NCBI GenBank assembly: GCA_963775425.1
Contig: CAVZJB010000017.1
Span: 224,001-288,000 of the forward strand
Direction: 5' to 3'
From: an uncultured delta proteobacterium
GTDB lineage: Bacteria; Myxococcota; UBA727; VGSZ01
Length of the DNA stretch: 64,000 bases
The notes under the pieces are model-generated. The model was not told where the DNA came from and ran no database searches. It worked only from the letters and a program-made list of their open reading frames with translations. Positions 1-7,855 of this stretch are shown here, in pieces (the stretch's first letter is position 1; every line of letters begins with the position of its first letter). Position numbers and translations under genes: made by a program.

Positions 1-3000
1 GTCCCACACCGCGCGCGCCGCGGCGCTTTGTGCGTAGCTCTCCATCCCCATGCCTGCGTGCTGCACGCCCTGGCCGGGGAACACGTACGCGGTCGTCCGC
101 GGCGCCACCTCGGCGAGGGTGCGCACGACGACGACGTCGTTTTCATCCTTCACGTCCGCTTGCACCACGGTGGCGCCCGCGCGCTTGGCCACGGCCTTCA
201 CCTCCACGGAGAGGGGCGTCCGCGGCAAGACCGGCGCGAGGAAGGTGGACGTCGCGCGGCGCACGCGCGAGGCGTCGCCGTCGGCGGCCAGGCGCGCGAT
301 GCGGTGCACGGCCATCGACGCCGTCCACATCCCGTGGACGATGGGCTGTGTGAAGCCAGCGAGCCGGGCCACGTTCGCGTCGACGTGCAGCGGGTTCTTG
401 TCACCGCTCGCCTCCGCGTACGCAGCCATTCCCGCGGGCGCGCGAGCGCTCTTGATGCCGATGAGCGCCTCTTGCGCGAGCGGCACCTGCGCGCTCTCGC
501 CGACGGGCCCCTCGAGCAGATCCACGAGGGCGTCGAGCGCTGCTCCGGGAGAGACCGCCGTCGAAAGGTCGTGGCCGGACGCGATGTGCAAGCGGCCCAC
601 CTCGCGGCCGTCGACCGTGAACGCACCCGCGGCCTCCGCCTCGGTCACCGTCGCGTCGAGCACCAGCGCGCACGGCGCGCCCAGCGCCGCGTCGAGGGTC
701 ACGAAGGGCTTGGCCCGCAGGAACGCGAGCTCGGCAGCGCCGACGTCGAGCCGCGCCTGGACGCTGCGGCGCTCCCGGCGAGGCGCCGGCGCTCCGACAC
801 TTTGGCGAATGAAGAATCGGCTCTCGGTCTCCGCGGCGACGCCGCCGTCGGCGCGCACGAGGCGGCCGTCGACGACGACGCGCGTGCCGCCTTCGACGCC
901 CTCCACGGAGCGAACGCGGGCGCACGCCGTCAGGTGCTCTCCGCAGTCGAAGCCCGGACCGCGCGCCTCCTCGCTCTCATGCACGAGGCGCACGACGTCG
1001 GGGCGGGCACCGGCGAGCGCGCGAAAGACGGCGCGCCACGCAAAGGAGAACGCCGTCGGCAGGGGCGCGCGGGTCGACGCCGGGTTGTCGTCGCCGGTGG
1101 CGGCGCGGAAGGCGCGGACGCGCGCGGCGTCGATGACGACGGGCTCGCGCGCCTCCTCGAAGAGCGGCACGGGCTCGAGGTCCTCGCCGAACATGGCGCG
1201 GCTGTAGAAGCGGTGCTGGGCGTCGAGGTACCGCTCGCGGTCCCACGCGAGCCAGCCGCCGTGATCGTCGTCGACCAGACGCAGGCAGAGGTCGAGCGCC
1301 GCGTCACCGTGGACGAGCTCGGCGACGAGCCGCCCGCTCTCCGCGTCGAGGCGCACACACGACGGCGGCGCGCCCTGCAGCGGGTTTTTGTGCCACAGAC
1401 CGTTGTCGTCGACGGCGAACGGGAGCGTGCGCGCGCGCTCGAGGCGCGCATCCCCGACCGACGCACGAGCCGCCCCGGCGCGGGCGAGCGTCGCCGGCGC
1501 CGCCGCGCGAGCGGAGACCGCCGACGTGGCGTGGGCGACGAACGAGCGGAGCACGTCCGCGACGGGCTCGTCGACGGCGCGGATGGCGGCGACCGCCGCG
1601 GGGCCCGGGATGGCGAAGACGGCGTCCGCGGCGAAGCGGTCGTCGTGGGACTGCCACAGCGAGTCCGACTTGAACCAACGGCGCACGTCGGCGTCGAGGA
1701 CGGGCACGAAGGGCACGGGCTTGCCCGGCCGCTTGCACACCTCCAGGAAGAAGCGCGCGTCTTCGGGGTGCAGCAGGCTCGAGCCGAGGTCGTCGCCGTA
1801 GCGGGCCGCGCAACGTCGCTCGAGCTCCTCCATGCGCGAGCGCCAGGTGACGTCGGCCTCGAGCCCGTCGGGGGTCAGCAGCGCGCGGGCGCGCGCGAGC
1901 AGCTCGGCGGGCGTCATCGCCTCGACGTCGCCGAAGTACGGCTTGGCCGTGCGCGCGAGCGCCTCCACGATCTCGTCGCGGCGCGCGGCGACCTTGTCGG
2001 CGTCACCCGCGACCTCGTCGAGCAGGCGGCCGCAGCGGGCGGCGGCGTTGTCGAGGTAGTAGATGGGCGCGTCGAGCGAGCTCTTGCCGCTCGTGACCCC
2101 GCCGGCGCGGCCGCCGTCGGTGGGCCACTGCGCGAGCTCGCCCGCGGCCGCGGCCAAAGCGCGCTTCACGGCCGGCGACGTCTTCGCTTCCTTGGTCGCC
2201 ATCAAGCGGGTCCCGAGGAACACGGCGTCGACCGGCATCGCCGGGAGCCCCAGGCCGGGGAAGCGCTCGTCCACCCACGCGCCCGTCAGGTACGCGGTGG
2301 CCTGCTCCTCGGTGCCGACGCCGCCGCCGACGCACACGACGAGGTTATCGCGCGCGCGCAACTTGGCGTAGTGGCGCACCAGGAGGTCGTCGAGATCCTC
2401 CCAGCTATGGTGGCCGCCCGCCTTGCCGCCTTCGATGTGCGCGAAGAGGGTCATCGCCGGGCGCGCGTCGGCGATGGCGAGCACGGCGTCGAGCTGGGCG
2501 TCGTTGCCGGGCTTGAACGCGTTGAGCGTCATGCCGTGGGCGACGAGATCGTCGAGGAGGGCGACGGCCTCCTCCAACGGGGGAACGCCGGCGCTCACGG
2601 TGACGCCGAGGATGGGGTAGCCCTCGTCGCGCAGCGCGAACACCGTCCGCTGGGTCTTGAAGTGGAGGCCCCACAGGTACGGATCGAGGTAGAGCGCGTT
2701 GAAGACGATGCCCTGCCCCGGCTGAAGCGTCGCACGCACCTCCTCGAGCCGCGCGCGCAGGATGGGCGTCGTGACCTGGCCGCCGCCGGCGAGCTCGGCG
2801 ACGAAGCCGGCGTTGGCGGCGGCGACGACGATGGGCGCCTCCACGGTGGTGGGCGTCATGCCCGGCACGAGCACCGGCGGCCGCCCCGTGGCGCGCACGA
2901 AGCGGTTCACGAAACGCTCGCGTCCGTCGGGACCGCGCTCGATGACGGGCGCGAACCGCTCGGCGTACGGCGCCGGCGGCTCCGGCGCCTCGCGGGCGTC

Positions 3001-4335
3001 GAGCAGCGCCTTGCGCGCCCGCGCCTCCACCACCGCCAGCACCGCCGAACCGCGGCCGCGCAGCGCGGAGCTCGACAGGTGCGCGACGTCGACGCCGGGG
3101 CCGCAGTCGATCACGAGGTCGGCGCCGAGCGCGGACGCCGTGGCCCGCCAGCTCTGCGGGCGCACGAGGATGGCGCTCATGGCGCGGGCGAGGGCGGCGC
3201 CGTCGTCCGGCATCGGGTGCTCCCCGTCGAGCACCGGCAGCTTCAGCGCGCCCGCCGGCAGCGCGAGCGCGCGGGCCGCCAGGGTCTCATGGAGCTGGGC
3301 GCATACTTCATCGAACATGGAAGTATGGAAGGGGCCGCTCACCGGCAGCCACTGAAAGCGCACGTCGACGATCCGGCCGGGGGCCAAGCCGCGCTTCTTC
3401 CTGGCGCGCCGCTCCTCCGCCTGCGCGAGCGCGAAGCGGCGGAGCCGCTCGAGCTCCGCGGGGGCGCCGGCGAGCGTGTGGTGAAGCGGCGCGTTCTCGA
3501 CGGCGACGTGGGCGGCCGCACCGCTCGCGTGCAAGAGCGCGCGAAGCTCGGGGAGCGTCGCGCCGCTCACGGCCGCCATCGGCGACGGGGGCGCGCCCGT
3601 CTCCTCGACGGACCGCACGGCGAGGGACGGCGGCGCCGCCGGAGCGCCGGAGCGCTCCATGGCGATGCCGAGGTGCAACGCGGCGCGCGCGAGGCGCGCG
3701 ACGAGGTGGGCGCGCTCGGCGGCGTCGCGCACGCCGAAGACCGCGGAGCAGCCGAGCGCCCCGAGGACGCCCTGGCTGTGACCCGCGCAGGACGGCAGGC
3801 GCGCGGCGCCCTCGCCGAAGGGGACGTCGAAGAGGGCATCGAGGCCGCCGGCGAAGAGCTGCTCGAGGCGCGCCATCTGGGCGGCGAAGAGCAGCGGCGC
3901 CGACGACGACGCGCGGGCGAGCGAGGCCGCGTCGGGCTTCTCGGGCGCCCGGGCGCGAGCGTCGACGGCCTCCGGCGCGCCGGGAGGGGGGGCGAGCCAC
4001 GCGAGGAAGTCGATGCCGAGCGGGAGCTGCGCGCGGCCGGCGGCGTCGAGGTGCGCGGCCTCGTCGACGAGTGCGTCGCGCACGATCTCGAGCAGGCGCC
4101 GCGGCGCGCCGCCGCCGGCATGGAGCTCGGCGAGCTCGTCGAGGTACGCGGCCCCCTGGCCGGCGAACGTGAACGCCAGGGCGCGGCGGCCGGCGCGGAC
4201 GGCGTCGACGACGGCGGGCACGGCGGGGGCGAGCGCGGCGCGCGCCCGCACCGCGCGCGCGGCCTCGGCGTCGAGGAGCGCCAGCGAGGCCCCCATGTCC
4301 ACGGGTCCGGCGAAGTCGGTTTCATGGCTGCTCAT
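1..4335 (-). CDS. fas: Type I fatty acid synthase, CMN-group/fungal-like (acetyltransferase, FMN enoyl reductase, MaoC dehydratase, start of malonyl/palmitoyl transferase); 3' end beyond window
   Basis: Manual translation of the minus frame from ATG at 4335 (ATGA overlap with the TetR stop), open to base 1. Motifs: FAGQG and GHSQG (AT, ~3769-3783); GMTPTTV, ELAGGGQVT, FNALYLDPYLW, FKPG, HIEGGKAGGHHSWEDLDDLL, LGTRLMATKEAKTSPAVK (ER); SGDKNPLH...IVHGMWT (DH); YVFPGQG...GMG...AARAVWD (MPT). Absent from the ORF track because no stop lies in the window. Confidence 0.92.
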   Translation of the reverse strand, partial: MSSHETDFAGPVDMGASLALLDAEAARAVRARAALAPAVPAVVDAVRAGRRALAFTFAGQGAAYLDELAELHAGGGAPRRLLEIVRDALVDEAAHLDAAGRAQLPLGIDFLAWLAPPPGAPEAVDARARAPEKPDAASLARASSSAPLLFAAQMARLEQLFAGGLDALFDVPFGEGAARLPSCAGHSQGVLGALGCSAVFGVRDAAERAHLVARLARAALHLGIAMERSGAPAAPPSLAVRSVEETGAPPSPMAAVSGATLPELRALLHASGAAAHVAVENAPLHHTLAGAPAELERLRRFALAQAEERRARKKRGLAPGRIVDVRFQWLPVSGPFHTSMFDEVCAQLHETLAARALALPAGALKLPVLDGEHPMPDDGAALARAMSAILVRPQSWRATASALGADLVIDCGPGVDVAHLSSSALRGRGSAVLAVVEARARKALLDAREAPEPPAPYAERFAPVIERGPDGRERFVNRFVRATGRPPVLVPGMTPTTVEAPIVVAAANAGFVAELAGGGQVTTPILRARLEEVRATLQPGQGIVFNALYLDPYLWGLHFKTQRTVFALRDEGYPILGVTVSAGVPPLEEAVALLDDLVAHGMTLNAFKPGNDAQLDAVLAIADARPAMTLFAHIEGGKAGGHHSWEDLDDLLVRHYAKLRARDNLVVCVGGGVGTEEQATAYLTGAWVDERFPGLGLPAMPVDAVFLGTRLMATKEAKTSPAVKRALAAAAGELAQWPTDGGRAGGVTSGKSSLDAPIYYLDNAAARCGRLLDEVAGDADKVAARRDEIVEALARTAKPYFGDVEAMTPAELLARARALLTPDGLEADVTWRSRMEELERRCAARYGDDLGSSLLHPEDARFFLEVCKRPGKPVPFVPVLDADVRRWFKSDSLWQSHDDRFAADAVFAIPGPAAVAAIRAVDEPVADVLRSFVAHATSAVSARAAAPATLARAGAARASVGDARLERARTLPFAVDDNGLWHKNPLQGAPPSCVRLDAESGRLVAELVHGDAALDLCLRLVDDDHGGWLAWDRERYLDAQHRFYSRAMFGEDLEPVPLFEEAREPVVIDAARVRAFRAATGDDNPASTRAPLPTAFSFAWRAVFRALAGARPDVVRLVHESEEARGPGFDCGEHLTACARVRSVEGVEGGTRVVVDGRLVRADGGVAAETESRFFIRQSVGAPAPRRERRSVQARLDVGAAELAFLRAKPFVTLDAALGAPCALVLDATVTEAEAAGAFTVDGREVGRLHIASGHDLSTAVSPGAALDALVDLLEGPVGESAQVPLAQEALIGIKSARAPAGMAAYAEASGDKNPLHVDANVARLAGFTQPIVHGMWTASMAVHRIARLAADGDASRVRRATSTFLAPVLPRTPLSVEVKAVAKRAGATVVQADVKDENDVVVVRTLAEVAPRTTAYVFPGQGVQHAGMGMESYAQSAAARAVWD

Positions 4336-5126
4336 GCGTTCCTCCGCGCTTGCGCCAGCAAGCGCCCGAAGTGCTCGACGGTGACGAGGAGCATGCGGCT
4401 CTGCTCGTCGTAGATGCGGTGGTCAGGCTCGGCCATGTCCTGCGAGATCGATCCGATGAAGCACGACAGGAGCAGGCCGGCCAGGGTCTCAATTTGCTTC
4501 GCGTCGTAGAAGCCCTCGAACGTGGGCGCGACGACCTGCGCGAGGGATCGCCGGATGCGCACGATGAACGAGGCCAGCGCCCGCCGCAGCGAAGGGTGGC
4601 GCTGCGACTGCACGAGGGCGTCGAGCCAGACGGGCAGGAGCCGCCGGCCGCGCCGCCCCTCGCGCCCGAGCGCCTGCAGGAGGGCGTGCACCGGGTCGGC
4701 GTCCTCGAAGGCGGCGCGGAACTGCGCCATGATCTCGTCCTCGACCTCGTCGGCCCACACGTCGAGGATCTGGACGAAGACCTGCTCCTTGGTCTCGAAG
4801 TACCAATAGAAGGTGCCCTTGCTGACGCCGGCCATGGCGCAGATGTCGTCGACGCTGGTGGCGTGAAAGCCTGCCTGCGCGAAGCAGTGGAAGGCCGCCA
4901 CGCGGATCGCGGCCGCCTTGTCGCTGCTCTTCTCGGCGCGCTGCGCGAGGGCGCGGGCGGCGGCGGCTTTGCGCACGCCGCTGTCGACGCCGCTCTTCGC
5001 GCGCTTCTTGCGTGCCTTCGGCGCGGGCTTCGGCGCGGGCGTCGGCGCGGGCTTCGGCCCGCGCTGCGCCGCGCTCTTCGCGGCCCGCGGCTTCTGTGCC
5101 GTCTTCGCCGCGCGCCTGATGGCCAT
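4332..5126 (-). CDS. TetR/AcrR family transcriptional regulator with Lys/Ala/Pro-rich N-terminal tail
   Basis: HTH motif GFHATSVDDICAMAGVSKGTFYWYFETKEQ; GGAGG RBS before ATG at 5126; stop overlaps the fas start. Confidence 0.92.
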   Translation of the reverse strand: MAIRRAAKTAQKPRAAKSAAQRGPKPAPTPAPKPAPKARKKRAKSGVDSGVRKAAAARALAQRAEKSSDKAAAIRVAAFHCFAQAGFHATSVDDICAMAGVSKGTFYWYFETKEQVFVQILDVWADEVEDEIMAQFRAAFEDADPVHALLQALGREGRRGRRLLPVWLDALVQSQRHPSLRRALASFIVRIRRSLAQVVAPTFEGFYDAKQIETLAGLLLSCFIGSISQDMAEPDHRIYDEQSRMLLVTVEHFGRLLAQARRNA

Positions 5127-5149
5127 GACACCTCCGCCAGGCGGCCTGT

Positions 5150-5209
5150 ACTGACTGGTCAGTCGAGAGCCGTCCAGAGGTGCTCGCCTAGACTGACTAG
5201 TCAGTCGAG
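5150..5209. promoter_or_regulatory. Two palindromic operator-like boxes upstream of tetR-fas
   Basis: GACTGACTAGTCAGTC (perfect 16-bp palindrome, 5191-5206) and ACTGACTGGTCAGT (5150-5163, one mismatch); the 18-mers ACTGACTRGTCAGTCGAG repeat 42 bp apart. Confidence 0.8.
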
Positions 5210-5271
5210 TCAATCAGTCCGAAACCGTGACCGCGTGGTCCTCCTCGTGCGCGGGCTGCTAGAACGCTCTC

Positions 5272-5865
5272 GTGGCGGAGGCGAAACGCACCCCCGTGGT
5301 CACCTGCGCGACGCAGGGCGCGTGGCGGACGTGGCTCGCGCGCCACCCGGGCTCGCCCGGGGTCTGGCTCAAGCTCGCCAAGAAGGGCGCCCGCGTCACG
5401 ACGCTGAGCTACGCGGAGGCGCTCGACGTCGCTTTGTGCTTCGGCTGGATCGACGGCCAGAAGGCCCCGCTCGACGAGGAGGCCTGGCTGCAGCGCTTCA
5501 CGCCGCGCGCAGCGCGGAGCAAGTGGTCCCGGAACAACCGCGACCGCGCCGAGGAGCTGCTCGCGGGTGGCGCGATGCAGGCCGGCGGGCGGGCCGCCGT
5601 CGAGCGGGCGAAGGCCGACGGGAGCTGGGACGCGGCGTATGCGGGCCAGCGCACGGCCACCGTCCCCGACGACCTCCGCCGCGCCCTCGACGACAACCCG
5701 CAGGCGGCCGCGTTCTTCGCCGGGCTCGACAGCGCCAACCGCTACGCCGTGCTCTATCGCGTCGGCGACGCCAAGCGGCCGGAGACCCGCGCCCGGCGCA
5801 TCGAGAAATTCGTCGCCATGCTCGCGCGCGGAGAGACCCTCCACCCCGCGGGCTCGCGCCGCTGA
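5272..5865 (+). CDS. YdeI/OmpD-associated family protein
   Basis: YAEALDVALCFGWIDG, QRFTPR...SKWSRNN, VPDDL, NRYAVLYR...KRPETRARRI are family hallmarks. Confidence 0.9.
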   Translation: MAEAKRTPVVTCATQGAWRTWLARHPGSPGVWLKLAKKGARVTTLSYAEALDVALCFGWIDGQKAPLDEEAWLQRFTPRAARSKWSRNNRDRAEELLAGGAMQAGGRAAVERAKADGSWDAAYAGQRTATVPDDLRRALDDNPQAAAFFAGLDSANRYAVLYRVGDAKRPETRARRIEKFVAMLARGETLHPAGSRR

Positions 5866-5928
5866 CCACGCCGTCGGCGGTCGGCGCCCCGCTCGCCCCC
5901 GCCGATCCCCGCCGCCCATGGGAGGGCG

Positions 5929-7122
5929 TCAGCCGCGCAACAAGCGCGCGAGCACACCGTCGAGGAGCGCGAGCATCTCGCCCGCGCGGCCGTGGGCGCG
6001 GGGCGCGCCGACGTCGGCGTCGAGGGCGGCGGCGGCGCCCTGGATGCCGCCGGGGGAGCGCCCGAGGACACGGGCGGTGAGCGCGCGCAGGTCCACGAAG
6101 CCGTGCGCGGGCTCGCCCTCGCGCGTGAGGAGATCGCGCGCGAAGGGGCCCCAGGCGCACAGGTGCGCGCCGTCGCAAAACGCGCGGAAGCGCGCGAGCG
6201 CGGGGGCCACGTCTTCGCCCGCCCGCAGGGCCCGCTCGTCGACGCGGATGCGGCCCGGCACCTCGTCGCCGAGGGGACGGCGGGGTGCGAGGATCGCCTC
6301 GAACGAGGCGACGCCCGCGTCCCCGACGCCAGGCGCGGCGGCGCCGCGGACGCCTCGGGTCGCGACGAGGTGCACGAGCTCGGGGGCCCCGGCGGCGCGC
6401 GCGTCGCGGCGGTGGCAGTTGGCCTCGGCGTAGAACACCACGGCGCGCGCGCGCTGCGCGCGCACGGCGTCGAGCTCGCGCAGGCGCGTGCGACCTCCCG
6501 CCGTGCTCGGGCGCGCCCGGCGCCGCAGCGGGCGGCCTCCGCCGCTCGCGGCGGCCTCGAGCTGGCGATCGACCATGAAGGTGAACGGCGCGAGCAACGA
6601 CGCGTAGCGGTCGCGATCGCCTTCGAGGATGCCGAGGACGGCGGCGACGGCCTCGACCGTGGCGAGGTGCTCGTCCGAGGGCTCCTTGCGGATGCGGTAG
6701 TTGCCCGGCGCCGGCGGGCGGTAGCCCACCCGCGGCAGCGACGCGAGCCGCGGGTTCTTGCCGAGGAGCTTCTTCGCCTGTGACCACGTGCCGTCGAGGA
6801 CCACCAGGGTGCGCGGCGGGGCCGCGGCCCACTCCTCGACGTCGCGCGCGCCGGCGCCGGGGAAGAGGACGGCGGCGCCGCCGGCGTCGAGCGCCGCGCG
6901 CACGGCCGGCGTGTCGTCGACGGCGACGCCCTCGACGAAGGTGGAGCCCTCGAGCCCGAGGTGCGCCATGCGCGCGGTGCCGATGGCGACGTCGCGCTCG
7001 CGCGGGTGCTGGACGAACAGCACCGACGTCTTCGGCGCCAGCCGTGGAATGAGCGCGCAGTAGCAGTGCGAGGCCGGGCGGCGGCAGCGCAGACATTGGG
7101 CCCGGGGCAAAGGCGCGTTCAT
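5929..7122 (-). CDS. DTW-domain tRNA aminocarboxypropyltransferase (TapT/YfiP-like) with extra C-terminal domain
   Basis: CxxC...CxC N-terminus, QHPRE, LVVLDGTWSQAKKLL (DTW), YRIRKEP...LATVEA; ~170 extra C-terminal residues. Confidence 0.85.
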   Translation of the reverse strand: MNAPLPRAQCLRCRRPASHCYCALIPRLAPKTSVLFVQHPRERDVAIGTARMAHLGLEGSTFVEGVAVDDTPAVRAALDAGGAAVLFPGAGARDVEEWAAAPPRTLVVLDGTWSQAKKLLGKNPRLASLPRVGYRPPAPGNYRIRKEPSDEHLATVEAVAAVLGILEGDRDRYASLLAPFTFMVDRQLEAAASGGGRPLRRRARPSTAGGRTRLRELDAVRAQRARAVVFYAEANCHRRDARAAGAPELVHLVATRGVRGAAAPGVGDAGVASFEAILAPRRPLGDEVPGRIRVDERALRAGEDVAPALARFRAFCDGAHLCAWGPFARDLLTREGEPAHGFVDLRALTARVLGRSPGGIQGAAAALDADVGAPRAHGRAGEMLALLDGVLARLLRG

Positions 7123-7137
7123 CGGGGACGTTCGTCG

Positions 7138-7254
7138 CTACTCCGACGGCACCGACGACTCGGTGGGCGCGGCGGTGGGCCGGTTTTCGCCGACGTATTT
7201 GACGGCGAAATAGACCGCGGCCCCGATGATGGCGAGCCCGATGAGGTACTTCAT
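7138..7254 (-). CDS. 38-aa single-pass membrane microprotein
   Basis: MKYLIGLAIIGAAVYFAVKYVGENRPTAAPTESSVPSE*; GC3-rich codons; TAGGCT box 6 nt upstream of the ATG. Confidence 0.65.
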   Translation of the reverse strand: MKYLIGLAIIGAAVYFAVKYVGENRPTAAPTESSVPSE

Positions 7255-7309
7255 GCGTCGAGCCTAGCGGCGCGGGCGCGGGCGCGCGAGCGCCGCTACA
7301 CTCCTCGTC

Positions 7310-7813
7310 GTGCGCACCGCCGGCCCCGCGCTGTGTCTGTTTTTCACCGCCTGTGCGGGCTCCGGGCCGAGCGCGTTCACGTCCGAGGACGTGCAGCCCT
7401 TCCTCGAGGCGCACAACGCCGTGCGCCACGCGGCGAGCCCCGCGCCGGACCCGGCGCTGCCGGACCTCGCGTGGGACGAAGACATCGCGGCGACGGCGCA
7501 GGCGTGGTCATCGCGCTGCGTCTTCGAGCACTCGCACGGACCGCTCGGCGAGAACCTCGCGTTTTTCAGCGGCGACGCGTCGACCCCGCAAGACACCGTC
7601 GACGGCTGGTCCTCCGAGGCCGCCGACTACGACTACGGCCAAAACGGCTGCGCCGCGGGCCGGCAGTGCGGCCACTACACCCAGATCGTGTGGCGCGACA
7701 CGCAGCGCGTCGGCTGCGGCGCCTCGTCGTGCACCGTCGACGGCTTCGACGGGACCTTCTGGGTCTGCAACTACGACCCGCCGGGAAACGTCGTCGGCGA
7801 AAAGCCGTACTGA
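7310..7813 (+). CDS. CAP (SCP/PR-1-like) domain secreted protein/lipoprotein
   Basis: AHNAVR, LAWD, GENLA, CGHYTQIVWRDT, VCNYDPPGN motifs; lipobox-like FTAC. Confidence 0.92.
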   Translation: MRTAGPALCLFFTACAGSGPSAFTSEDVQPFLEAHNAVRHAASPAPDPALPDLAWDEDIAATAQAWSSRCVFEHSHGPLGENLAFFSGDASTPQDTVDGWSSEAADYDYGQNGCAAGRQCGHYTQIVWRDTQRVGCGASSCTVDGFDGTFWVCNYDPPGNVVGEKPY

Positions 7814-7855
7814 GCGGCGCCACGACCGCCGCGGGCCTCGCGCCCGGGGGAGCGC

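Noticed and set aside
28-4413. 1461-aa plus-strand ORF
   Set aside because: Antisense shadow of fas; Arg/Gly/His-rich with no motifs, while the minus frame has clear FAS motifs.
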